A stretch of 64,000 nucleotides of DNA from Alphaproteobacteria bacterium (GTDB lineage: Bacteria; Pseudomonadota; Alphaproteobacteria; Micavibrionales; UBA2020). A program made the position numbers and the translations under genes. Below, piece after piece: positions 55,295-64,000 of the stretch. Position 1 is the first letter of the stretch; each line of letters opens with the position of its first letter. The notes beneath the pieces were generated by a model. That model did no database searches. It was given only the letters and a program-made list of their open reading frames with translations, and was not told the origin of the DNA. Where the stretch lies: positions 222,226-286,225 of the forward strand of contig JAIXUW010000292.1 of assembly GCA_027483355.1 (NCBI GenBank), written 5' to 3'.

Positions 55295-58200
55295 ATGGCC
55301 ACGGGAGGTAGATACAAGCCGTATCTTACCGCTCCGGAGCCAGAGACCCCGCTTGAATCGACTCCTCTTACAGAATACCCGCCGACAGCTCCATTACAAT
55401 TACTTTCGACTGTCGGACAAAATGCCGCATCAGCGGGCGAAAAGGCCGCGTTTTCCGCAGGTTGGAGGGGCCTCAGTTTAGTGGGCGCGACTGTTGCCGC
55501 AACAGCGTTTGCCGTATCGGTCATCTCAATCGTCTACGTTGTTGCTTATAACGGGGCGTTTGATAATGTCCCCTCGGGCGCTCTTTTATTCCGGTCGGCG
55601 TCAAACTCTTCAGTGCTCGGAGGCACACTCAGGGCCACGCTCACTGAGAACGGAACACTTGCTTCCAACACTGGGTATTTCCAAAAACTCTACATTAACA
55701 ATAGATTGGTTACTATTGGAAACGGATCAATAGACTTGGGAGGCTCTGTTATCGGCCCCATTTCGTCGACTCCAGGCAAGGGAGTTCGATGGTCCTCTTC
55801 GGACGGTGTCTACATTGACGAAGCCCCTTATTTCGTGGACGATAACGGCGTTTTTACAAACGTGACTAGTATTTATTCGAGTCAAGGGTTTTATGAGGGC
55901 GGAGTGAAGCGAGGAGACGTGTTTTCTCTCGCCACAAGCGGGCCGTCGCTCTCAGGAAAGTTTGCAGTCTTCCCGTCGACGGATTCAAAACAAATTTCGA
56001 CGGCTTTGGGCATTTCAAGTCAGCCAGGCGGAGTAATCTTGATCGACTCTCTCGCAGTTGCGAATGCGATTAATGCAAACGGGACAGCGAATTTCCAAAC
56101 TGTCAACGCTCAAAATGTGACGACATTGGGCTTAAATGCTCGAGGACAATCACAATTTGAGACTATTGACGCGATGAACATATTTGTAAACGGCACGAGG
56201 CTCGGGACAGGTTTCGGAAATCTTTCCACAATCACGGGCGCTACTCCGTTCAAGCTGCCCGTGTATTTATCAAATTCAACGGTTGGCCCTTCAAATATCA
56301 CGCTCGTAGGCGCGAATTCTCTTGAAAACATTGGCGTTGTGTCCGCTCAAACCGTACAAGCAACAGAAATATTTGTGAACGGGTCCAGAGTAGGAACGGG
56401 AAATGCCACTGTTAGCGCCGGAATCTCGCCTCTCAAACTGATTACGATTGTGAATGGGAATGAGATAATCAGCACTAACATATCCGTTGTTGGCGCTGGT
56501 TCGTTGAGCGGTGTGAATGTCGTTGAAGTGCAAACCGTGAACGCTCAGACTATAACGGCCAATTCGGTCACCGTAAACGGGACAGCAGTCGGATTTGGAA
56601 ACGCTAGCTTTGTTGGACCCGAGCTCTCGAACGCTGTGGTCGTATCAGACGGCTCGAACGGAAAAGTGAAGGCCTCCCAAGTGCTGATCAACGCGTCGAA
56701 TTCTATTTCCGGAATTCAATCTCTACAAGCTCAATCTGTGTTTGTAAACGGTGAAAACGTGTCTCAGATCTTTATGAGACGGCCTACGGGCGAACTGATA
56801 CCGTCCGCGAGCGTACTCGCCGCGCTTAACAATGCCTCTGGTCAGTACGAGCTTTATCCGACTATGGCATTGGTGTTCCCCAATGGAACTATTCGCGTTT
56901 TTAGATTGGACATTGAATCCGGAGGAACGGTTGCAGGAGAACCTATCGGGACGCTGAAAGCGCCTGTCGGACCCATCGACGACAATACGGTTCTTGTGAA
57001 TTCTAACGGCGATCGCTATTCGTCAAAGGGCTCTTCTATGAAAATCTTCCCCAACGGAACTGTCACGGGCGTGTCTAGCTTGTACGCCGAGGACATTTTT
57101 CTATTCGTAAACGGCCAATGGGTGAGCTTTTTCACATTGATCCAGAACATTTCCAATCCGAATTCTACTATATTCGGTAACATGTTTGGACCCAGTGTCG
57201 CAGTGGACACTTTTTCCATCGCCACCTATGCAACAAGTCGAAATTTAGCCGGGACTACAGTCCGCGCGTTCCCCAACGGTACCATGGATCGGATTTTGGA
57301 TTTATTCGCTCAATCTATTATCACAAGTGCCATATCCACGCCTGGAGGTGTTCTTCAGGTCACGGCAGCGAATACTACGTTTTCAGGCGCACTAAGAGCC
57401 CAAAGTGTGGCAACGGCGACGATTGAATCGACAGCGCCCACACTTGTCATTTTGGCGGCAAACACTTCTTTTACTGGCCCTGTGACCGCGCCGATTGCTT
57501 CGACCTCAAGAATTGAAAGTTTGTCAAGTACATTGACCGTGCTGGCTGCGAAAACTGAGTTCAGCGGTGCCGTGGACGCTACATCCGGAAATTTCAGCGG
57601 AGCCGTGGATGCTACATCCGGAAGTTTCAGCGGAGCTGTGAACGCCGCTTCAGGAAACTTTAGCGGAGCCGTAAGCGCCGCCTCTGGTACTTTCAACGGG
57701 CCTGTGACGGCCACAACGGGAACGTTTGATTCCGTGGTCACTGACACGATTAACGGCACTCTAAACGTGTTCCCGGATTCCGGAGTGATGACTATACAGG
57801 GCGTAGGAGAAAACAAACTGATTTTACGAGGAGAATCGACGGACAACGTCATCACAATGTCTGCAGACGATAGTAGCGCACCTGGATATTCCTACATTGA
57901 TTTTAACGGAAGACGGCCTGGTGGCGGCCCGCCGCTCAACCCTTCAAAGGCAACATTCACCTTGTACAGCGATCAATCTGGATCTATTAGCGACGTGGGA
58001 CTGTTGTACCAAGTGGGAGTAAGCGCGCTTCCTCTGCTGAGATATGCTCCGGCAGACAGCACATTTCTGCAATTGCGACAGAGTTCTATGCCTCAAATAA
58101 GAGTGCCAATCATTGACTCCCTTGGAAACATCTCGATCAATCCTCTGGTAGCAGTCACGTTGAACAACAAAAATCTGGAAAATGTCAACGCGTTGACCGC

Positions 58201-60724
58201 AGCCTCGGGAACATTCAGCGGGACTGTCTCCGCAACAGTCGGCGCATTTGGGTCTATTACAGCAAACGCGATCGCGCCTCCAAGCGGAACATTGACTGTG
58301 GCTGGAATTTTGCAGCTGAACACTCCTGGAGTATCCGAAGTGTTTTTGACTTCAACGTCCGCCAGTCGGTTCAGATGGACAAACGGAATCCGAAACGGCA
58401 CAGGCTCAGGAAACATTGATTTGCAAATCTTCAATTCGCTGGGCCCCCGTCAGGGATGGTCCGTATTGGCATGGAACGGATACTGGAACGCGGGTATTCA
58501 GCGATACGACACTACCAAATACAGTTACCAAATGATCGTGGATCAAAGTCCTACGGATGACAATTGGAGTCTCCGTTCGTTTTCACCCACTGAATCAACA
58601 CACATTTTAGTACAGCCTGCTGCGTACCCTGGAGTGATTGCGCCCAACGGGATATCGGCATCAGAAGTACTTACGCCTACCGTACGATCCACTGGAAATC
58701 TGTCACTTAATCCAGGAGGTACCGCCGTCACATTGAATAACAAAGCGATAATCGACTTGGCAACGTTGAACACGTCGACTTCCACGGATTTTCAGCTGAA
58801 TTTAGGGACTGACCAGACCATAATCAGAGGCACTGGCGCAAATAGGTTGCTATTCCAGGGCGCTAGCGGCAACGGAAACAGTCGCATTGTAATCCAGGCC
58901 AGCAACTCGCAGCCGGGAAACACTGCAATCATTTTCAACGGCCCAGCCGCGGATGGCAGTGTCGTAGACAATTCAAAGTTTCGGTACTTTATCGAAGCCG
59001 ACCAGACAATTGGGTTCGACCAGTTTCAAATCAGAGCTAGGCAAGGCGTGGCCGAGTACTTGCTGTTGTCGTTTGACCCACTGAGCAGTTTGACTATGGC
59101 CTCGTCTGTACCCTTCTCTTCTCCTACGCTATTCGCCGCGAATTCGGTAACCACTCCACTTGTAAACACGCTTTCAGGAGATCTATCGCTGAACCCCGCA
59201 GGCTCAAACGTGAATTTCAACTCTAAAAACGTGACCAATATTAACACGCTCAGTCTGTCTAGAATCGTCAGCGCACTCGGTGACATTTCCATCCTCCCTG
59301 CTGGTTCTAATATCAGAGTGACGGGTAAGAATATCATAGGCGCGACCAATATTGGCACTCAAGGTATAACAGGAGCGCCCAGTGTTGGTGTTCTTCTCGG
59401 AGGCGGCGGCGCTTTCACGCTACAAAGTTTTGACGGAGTGACCACTGTGGACTATCTCTCTGCTACGGGCGGGACTTTATTCGTCAATGTAAATATGGAT
59501 TTGGGCGGAACGACGACATTGTCTCCCACTGGGATTGCGACTCCTACACTCACAGCGACTACAATTACATCGCCAGGAATCTTGTCAATCAACCCCGGAG
59601 GCGCAAGCGTGACGTTTAACACAAAATTACTGACGGATATTGCAAGTGTTTCCACGCCGATATTGACAAGTCCAAGCAGTCTGACATATAACGTGCCTAC
59701 AATTGGAGATTCGCATGCGTTTTCCGTAAATTCAGTTCCGCGACTTAGCGTTACGACTTCCACAGTGACTCTGGCATCGGGTGTCTCGCTTACAACTTCG
59801 GCCAACAATCTCGTTTTGAACCCGGCCGGTGCCAGTATCGACATGAGCACAAAATCGCTCATTCAAGTGGGAAGCATCGACGCGTCCTCGTCAACGGCGG
59901 ATTTCACTTTCCGAACAGTGGGAGCTCCAGATAACAGTTTGCGAGTTTGGAACAACGTTGTGGGAGCAGGAGCGTCAAATGTTCGAATACAGTCTCTCTT
60001 GCAAGCCCCGGGACTCATGTATCTTGCTTTTAATGGAGGGTTCAGCGGCACTGAATTTGCCGACAATACCGCAAAGAGAAGATGGAGATTCGGAGCCGAC
60101 CAGAGATCGACTACAGATCAAATATTTTTGGAGGGTTGGATTTCAAACACGCCGACAAATTACATGGTATTGGCACCGGGCACAACGCCTCGCGTGCAAT
60201 TTCCATTAGGCATTCGCCCTACGGTTGTCGATATTCCGTATGGATGTTTCAACGGGCAGCAAATCACGCGCAACACGCCGGGTAACACTGCAGTTGTATG
60301 TGGGTCGACAGCGGGCTCTAGTACAATGCCCGCTGGATTGATGAACCGTGCCGGGGCGTACTTTAGGCTGCAGTCGGCGTGGCAATTGACAAACATGGCC
60401 AATTCTGCTACGTCCAGTGTTGTCTTGGTCGCTCTTGTTGGATCGGGTGGCATAACTCTCGGCGTTTTTCCTGCATCCAGCACGTTCGGAGCTGGATTTG
60501 TACAAACCGAAACCTTCTGCTATTATGTTTCATCCACGACTGTAACTTGCACGTGGTTTATGACAGTGAATGCAGGAGGAACAACGACGTATTCTGGGAC
60601 AGGAAACGTTAGTACACTAAATCTAGCAATCGACCAAGCCTTGAGTCTGCAACTGAACCAAAATTTGACTCCGACCGGCAACACCGACATTAGATTGATA
60701 AATTACACCATGGAAAGAATGTAA
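55295..60724 (+). CDS. giant N-terminally anchored, sequon-rich fibre/adhesin-like protein (1809 aa)
   Basis: ATG ORF with an N-terminal TM segment (LSLVGATVAATAFAVSVISIVYVVAY).
- Dozens of N-x-S/T sequons.
- ~55-aa modules (..V.AQ.V.A..IFVNG...G.GN).
- Five 11-aa SGAVDATSGNF units.
- Six or more L(S/V)(L/I)NP(A/G)G..V.(L/F)N.K motifs.
- Beta-rich C-terminal ~150 aa.
All internal antisense ORFs are judged spurious. Confidence 0.8.
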   Translation: MATGGRYKPYLTAPEPETPLESTPLTEYPPTAPLQLLSTVGQNAASAGEKAAFSAGWRGLSLVGATVAATAFAVSVISIVYVVAYNGAFDNVPSGALLFRSASNSSVLGGTLRATLTENGTLASNTGYFQKLYINNRLVTIGNGSIDLGGSVIGPISSTPGKGVRWSSSDGVYIDEAPYFVDDNGVFTNVTSIYSSQGFYEGGVKRGDVFSLATSGPSLSGKFAVFPSTDSKQISTALGISSQPGGVILIDSLAVANAINANGTANFQTVNAQNVTTLGLNARGQSQFETIDAMNIFVNGTRLGTGFGNLSTITGATPFKLPVYLSNSTVGPSNITLVGANSLENIGVVSAQTVQATEIFVNGSRVGTGNATVSAGISPLKLITIVNGNEIISTNISVVGAGSLSGVNVVEVQTVNAQTITANSVTVNGTAVGFGNASFVGPELSNAVVVSDGSNGKVKASQVLINASNSISGIQSLQAQSVFVNGENVSQIFMRRPTGELIPSASVLAALNNASGQYELYPTMALVFPNGTIRVFRLDIESGGTVAGEPIGTLKAPVGPIDDNTVLVNSNGDRYSSKGSSMKIFPNGTVTGVSSLYAEDIFLFVNGQWVSFFTLIQNISNPNSTIFGNMFGPSVAVDTFSIATYATSRNLAGTTVRAFPNGTMDRILDLFAQSIITSAISTPGGVLQVTAANTTFSGALRAQSVATATIESTAPTLVILAANTSFTGPVTAPIASTSRIESLSSTLTVLAAKTEFSGAVDATSGNFSGAVDATSGSFSGAVNAASGNFSGAVSAASGTFNGPVTATTGTFDSVVTDTINGTLNVFPDSGVMTIQGVGENKLILRGESTDNVITMSADDSSAPGYSYIDFNGRRPGGGPPLNPSKATFTLYSDQSGSISDVGLLYQVGVSALPLLRYAPADSTFLQLRQSSMPQIRVPIIDSLGNISINPLVAVTLNNKNLENVNALTAASGTFSGTVSATVGAFGSITANAIAPPSGTLTVAGILQLNTPGVSEVFLTSTSASRFRWTNGIRNGTGSGNIDLQIFNSLGPRQGWSVLAWNGYWNAGIQRYDTTKYSYQMIVDQSPTDDNWSLRSFSPTESTHILVQPAAYPGVIAPNGISASEVLTPTVRSTGNLSLNPGGTAVTLNNKAIIDLATLNTSTSTDFQLNLGTDQTIIRGTGANRLLFQGASGNGNSRIVIQASNSQPGNTAIIFNGPAADGSVVDNSKFRYFIEADQTIGFDQFQIRARQGVAEYLLLSFDPLSSLTMASSVPFSSPTLFAANSVTTPLVNTLSGDLSLNPAGSNVNFNSKNVTNINTLSLSRIVSALGDISILPAGSNIRVTGKNIIGATNIGTQGITGAPSVGVLLGGGGAFTLQSFDGVTTVDYLSATGGTLFVNVNMDLGGTTTLSPTGIATPTLTATTITSPGILSINPGGASVTFNTKLLTDIASVSTPILTSPSSLTYNVPTIGDSHAFSVNSVPRLSVTTSTVTLASGVSLTTSANNLVLNPAGASIDMSTKSLIQVGSIDASSSTADFTFRTVGAPDNSLRVWNNVVGAGASNVRIQSLLQAPGLMYLAFNGGFSGTEFADNTAKRRWRFGADQRSTTDQIFLEGWISNTPTNYMVLAPGTTPRVQFPLGIRPTVVDIPYGCFNGQQITRNTPGNTAVVCGSTAGSSTMPAGLMNRAGAYFRLQSAWQLTNMANSATSSVVLVALVGSGGITLGVFPASSTFGAGFVQTETFCYYVSSTTVTCTWFMTVNAGGTTTYSGTGNVSTLNLAIDQALSLQLNQNLTPTGNTDIRLINYTMERM
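57563..57727 (+). repeat. 5 x 33-bp tandem coding repeat
   Basis: Encodes SGAVDATSGNF SGAVDATSGSF SGAVNAASGNF SGAVSAASGTF NGPVTATTGTF. Confidence 0.8.
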
Positions 60725-60866
60725 ATATGTTCAATAGAATTTTGTATAATTTGAGCGGCAAGAAATTTTTGCATACAGGACAAAAACAGGGGACTTTGGT
60801 GTTTTCTTCGCGTGGCTCCCTGCAAACGTTTTTCAGTCTCGCGCCCCGTAAATTCATCTACACACT

Positions 60867-62240
60867 ATGGACCCATCTCTCCCCGAGTCTATCCTGTCAC
60901 GCATGGGCGTTCCTAGCGAAATTGTGGCGATTATATTTGACTACATTCCTCTGGACCGTCTCGGAAAGGTCCTCTCTACATGCAAAAACGGTTTGGCACT
61001 GATACCCGTGGATTACATTAGAGTGCTTGATGTCACGCGATTTGAATCGTGGAATGACGTCATGCGAGCCCTTGTCGCGATTCCCATTTCTCGCGTCTCC
61101 GTTTTCAAGGTTTCGCACTCTACATACAAGATGACCTGGGACGATATTCCGACATATTGTACGAGCAAATTACTTCAAATTTTTGCACCTCTTATGGAGT
61201 CTGAGTTGAGTGTTGACTGGAAACTGTTTGAAAAGTGGGCCTTTCACTACAACGGCAACCTGAGTTTGCATCGACTTTTCGATAGATTCAATGCATTTTC
61301 AGTCTCGCGTGTTTACCAGCCGGCGATGCCTACAACGGAACCCACTGCTCCAATTTTTAACAAACCTGGAAGGTCAATACGGGTTATGTACCTACCTTTC
61401 AGCTGCCCGTTTGCTTCAAAGCCTTCCACATTACATGCATTGGTCAGGAAATGCAAGAAGATTGACACGGAATATAAATGCGTTCTTTCTCGTCGCCCGC
61501 TCAGTTTACACGCGCAACTCGAAAGGTGTTGGTGCCGTCAAATCACCGAGCCCGCCGTGAAGACGAAAAAGCGAAAAATCTTTTTGCAGCACACGGTTGT
61601 TTATTCTCACGGGCCCAAGTGCCTGCCTGGCATTATCGCCAATGTGCACAAGCTTGAGAAGGCGAAAATCAAACTTTGCGTGCACCCTGAAGATATGCAC
61701 AAGCAACCCGTGGAAGTCTGGGATGCTGTTTTGGACAATGGGCTGTACAACATTACCAAGGTGATATGTTTGCTACGCGAGATTGTCCGTGGAAATATGT
61801 CGGCAGAGCACGCGACGCATTTGGCCGGAAAGATTCTTTCTGTCATGTTATCCGCTCCAAGAAATGCGGAGATGCCAGCGTTTACCAATTACGACATCTG
61901 CCCCGTCGCAATGCGCTGTGTGTACTCAAAGTTTCAAGAATTGAAAGCCGAATACAGCAATGAATATTCGGCCGAAGTTTCAGAGAGACTTGACTACATT
62001 GAAAGCAGCATGGCTGCGTGGTGGAAAGATTCGTGCCGCGTTGTCAAAAACGACGTCGATTTTTTGCGCGCATGCATGAGAGAGGAGGACGGAGACATTT
62101 TGAAAAGGATGCTTTTCTCGGTCGATTCGGACAAGAAACTGATCGAGGTCGAAGACGGCAACGAGGATGCAGCCAGCAGTAGCAGCAGCTCTTCGTACTC
62201 GATTTATTCTATGGATTCTGACAACGAGTCTGACTATTAA
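60867..62240 (+). CDS. F-box-like protein with acidic/Ser-rich C-terminus
   Basis: 457-aa ATG ORF. MDPSLPESILSRMGVPSEIVAIIFDYIPLDRLGKVLSTCKNG (F-box-like). The tail is EDAASSSSSSSYSIYSMDSDNESDY. Confidence 0.65.
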   Translation: MDPSLPESILSRMGVPSEIVAIIFDYIPLDRLGKVLSTCKNGLALIPVDYIRVLDVTRFESWNDVMRALVAIPISRVSVFKVSHSTYKMTWDDIPTYCTSKLLQIFAPLMESELSVDWKLFEKWAFHYNGNLSLHRLFDRFNAFSVSRVYQPAMPTTEPTAPIFNKPGRSIRVMYLPFSCPFASKPSTLHALVRKCKKIDTEYKCVLSRRPLSLHAQLERCWCRQITEPAVKTKKRKIFLQHTVVYSHGPKCLPGIIANVHKLEKAKIKLCVHPEDMHKQPVEVWDAVLDNGLYNITKVICLLREIVRGNMSAEHATHLAGKILSVMLSAPRNAEMPAFTNYDICPVAMRCVYSKFQELKAEYSNEYSAEVSERLDYIESSMAAWWKDSCRVVKNDVDFLRACMREEDGDILKRMLFSVDSDKKLIEVEDGNEDAASSSSSSSYSIYSMDSDNESDY

Positions 62241-62444
62241 GGTCATTTTTTGTAAATTTTCTGTTTATGTAACATTTACAAGGGCTCAAAGAACTCAATG
62301 TCTTCACTCCCTATTAAAGGTCTGGGTCCGAGTTTTCCTCTTCTGTGAGAATCTGGAAGCGAGCGATAATATTAAACTCGTGCGTGTTTTTGCAGCCAGT
62401 TCATGGATAACGAGAATTGAACTCTTGACTGAAAAAAAGAATAA

Positions 62445-63785
62445 ATGTCGTATATCCATCCTATTCCGATTTACGCGCAGTCTATCACGCGCACGGTTCT
62501 ACCGATATTCGTTCCCGTGCGCAACCCGGCGCGAGGAGAGGCCGAATACTTGTTCCAAAGCGCGTCCAAACACGTGGACACTTCAGATGTGAAAAAGATG
62601 TTTGAATACGTGACGCAGGCCGCGCTATGCTTTGCTTGCAACCCCATGGAACCCAAAACAGGGGAGCTCATGTTGGACGCATTTGATCGACTAATCCTTC
62701 GTAATGCAATACAGGAATCGTCCGGAATCACGGCTTCTTTGTTTTTGGAGCATGCACGCTTCTGGTCTACACCTTCGACGAGAAAAGTCATTCAAATCGA
62801 TGACCGAATTGAACTAGAATTCGTGTGCTATCATAATGTATTGTGCGCATGCATGCACTTGATTCTAAAGTGTGGAACGGAAAAAGTCGCAAAGTGTAGC
62901 GACAAAATCAGGGAAATCAGTCTAAAATGTGCCACGCTTCTCATGAATGTCAAGAGCGTGTCGCTAAAAGAACTACTGCGAGGATCGCAAATGGATAAAA
63001 TCTACATGGAACTCTGTTCTCTATACGCAACTGCATGGAGCGCGTTCCGGACTAGTCCCAACCCATGGCTTCACTGCAAAAAGGAAATGACCGAGGCCAT
63101 GAAAAAGGCGACTATGTTGACCGTCCAATGGGATGAAATGGTGAAATCTCCCAAGAGCGCAGCCGATATGTACTCTTGTATTCTCAGCATGCCCCTCATG
63201 GCATTTTTGCACGATTTTCAAGCGTGTATCTACATGACAGGCATTTCGGAATTTGGAATGATTCAATTGAACGCATTTGCCGCTGCCCAAGCGTCAGACG
63301 ACGAAACGCAAAAGGGGAAACTGCTAGATTTTTTACTGGGCCTGCGCGAGTATATCGCGGCAAGAATGAAAACGCTTAGCGTGAACGGAGTCATAGAACG
63401 GTGCACGACGCCGGCCGGATTCCGCGAAAGGCAGACTAAATTTGCGGACGGGCTCCACCGAGTCTACTGCATGCCCCAAGTTCCCGATGAACTCATGGAA
63501 GTCAAATACGGCAGTTTTATGATTCCAAATCACATTATCGAGGGCGCTATGTCGGTCAGTGGGAAGCCGGACTTTCGGCTAGACTACATGATCACACATT
63601 TCCAGAATTTCGTCGATTGGATACGACTACCGAAAGATTATATGAGATTATGCGTTCAAAACTTTCAAGATATACTGGCGAGACTAGAGGGTTTGACAAG
63701 TGAAAACTTTGTCACCCCCGAAGCCGCTCAGTACGCTAAACACATGGGCAAGTATATATTTCCGGCGCCAGACGCTGCGCAATAG
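62445..63785 (+). CDS. hypothetical protein (446 aa)
   Basis: ATG ORF (MSYIHPIPIYAQSITRTVLPIF...), probably helical. No motif recognised. Confidence 0.65.
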   Translation: MSYIHPIPIYAQSITRTVLPIFVPVRNPARGEAEYLFQSASKHVDTSDVKKMFEYVTQAALCFACNPMEPKTGELMLDAFDRLILRNAIQESSGITASLFLEHARFWSTPSTRKVIQIDDRIELEFVCYHNVLCACMHLILKCGTEKVAKCSDKIREISLKCATLLMNVKSVSLKELLRGSQMDKIYMELCSLYATAWSAFRTSPNPWLHCKKEMTEAMKKATMLTVQWDEMVKSPKSAADMYSCILSMPLMAFLHDFQACIYMTGISEFGMIQLNAFAAAQASDDETQKGKLLDFLLGLREYIAARMKTLSVNGVIERCTTPAGFRERQTKFADGLHRVYCMPQVPDELMEVKYGSFMIPNHIIEGAMSVSGKPDFRLDYMITHFQNFVDWIRLPKDYMRLCVQNFQDILARLEGLTSENFVTPEAAQYAKHMGKYIFPAPDAAQ

Positions 63786-63827
63786 TTTCCATTATAATGT
63801 ACATTTACAGTATTGAAAAAAATAACG

Positions 63828-64000
63828 CTACTTGGACAAAGTCAATTTGGCTTGCTCCTTTTCCTCTTCGTTCAGTTTATACACAATAGTAATCAACATG
63901 TAAATAGTCGCTACTGTGAATGCCAATAGAATGATTTCGAATACAGCAGTCGTTAAATAGACAGTAGTGTCATATTTTGTAACAGTGGACGCTATTTCCG
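63828..64000 (-). CDS. 3' end of a gene entering from beyond the window (C-terminal TM anchor)
   Basis: The minus-strand frame is open from the window edge to the stop at 63828-63830: ...EIASTVTKYDTTVYLTTAVFEIILLAFTVATIYMLITIVYKLNEEEKEQAKLTLSK*. It is not in the ORF track because its start lies outside the window. Confidence 0.35.
   Translation of the reverse strand, partial: EIASTVTKYDTTVYLTTAVFEIILLAFTVATIYMLITIVYKLNEEEKEQAKLTLSK

Noticed and set aside
1-64000. Prokaryotic interpretation (operons, defence islands, CRISPR)
   Set aside because: There are no CRISPR-like repeat-spacer arrays and no Shine-Dalgarno pattern. The domain content is eukaryote-type (F-box, SIAH, ANK, RCC1, Kelch). 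GT-AG introns are present, and the tRNAs lack encoded CCA. The repeat arrays present are coding repeats, a microsatellite, a pentanucleotide array and iterons.

Overview
This is 64 kb of very gene-dense DNA with about 55 protein-coding genes, short spacers and blocks of co-oriented genes. No homology search or folding was possible: every functional call rests on motifs I could read in the supplied translations, and all counts are manual. The content reads as a large eukaryote-infecting DNA virus (giant-virus-like) or an integrated copy of one, not a prokaryote. Most ORFs are orphans. The recognisable ones are eukaryote-type:
- a SIAH/SINA-type RING E3 ligase
- at least seven proteins with F-box-like N-termini, one fused to about 11 ankyrin repeats
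- a Ser/Thr kinase
- a dual-specificity phosphatase
- a proteinase-K-like subtilase
- a DEDDh-like exonuclease
- a MESH1/HDDC3-like HD hydrolase
- a membrane protein combining Kelch, a (PPV)n stalk and a 7-blade RCC1 propeller
- an 1809-aa N-glycosylation-sequon-rich fibre-like protein

Many proteins carry basic NLS-like patches. The RNA genes are a tRNA-His(GTG) followed 5 nt later by a tRNA-like gene with an abnormal 11-nt anticodon loop, plus a third copy of only the 3' half about 0.8 kb away.

The F-box/ankyrin gene and the adjacent HD-hydrolase gene are interrupted by short GT-AG spliceosomal-type introns (57-82 nt, CTAAC/CTGAC branch-like motifs). Almost everything else is a single uninterrupted ORF.

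Other notable structure:
- four tandem gene duplications, two of them with a decaying copy
- two tandem 1151/1311-aa orphan paralogs
- a 1.5 kb ORF-poor region with a hairpin, five exactly 11-bp-phased iterons and three decayed copies of a small gene
- a (CGCAR)n pentanucleotide array
- a novel ~55-aa domain present both at the C-terminus of the HD hydrolase and as a stand-alone ORF

The ORF track uses non-ATG starts (TTG/GTG), so I re-set many starts to the first ATG.
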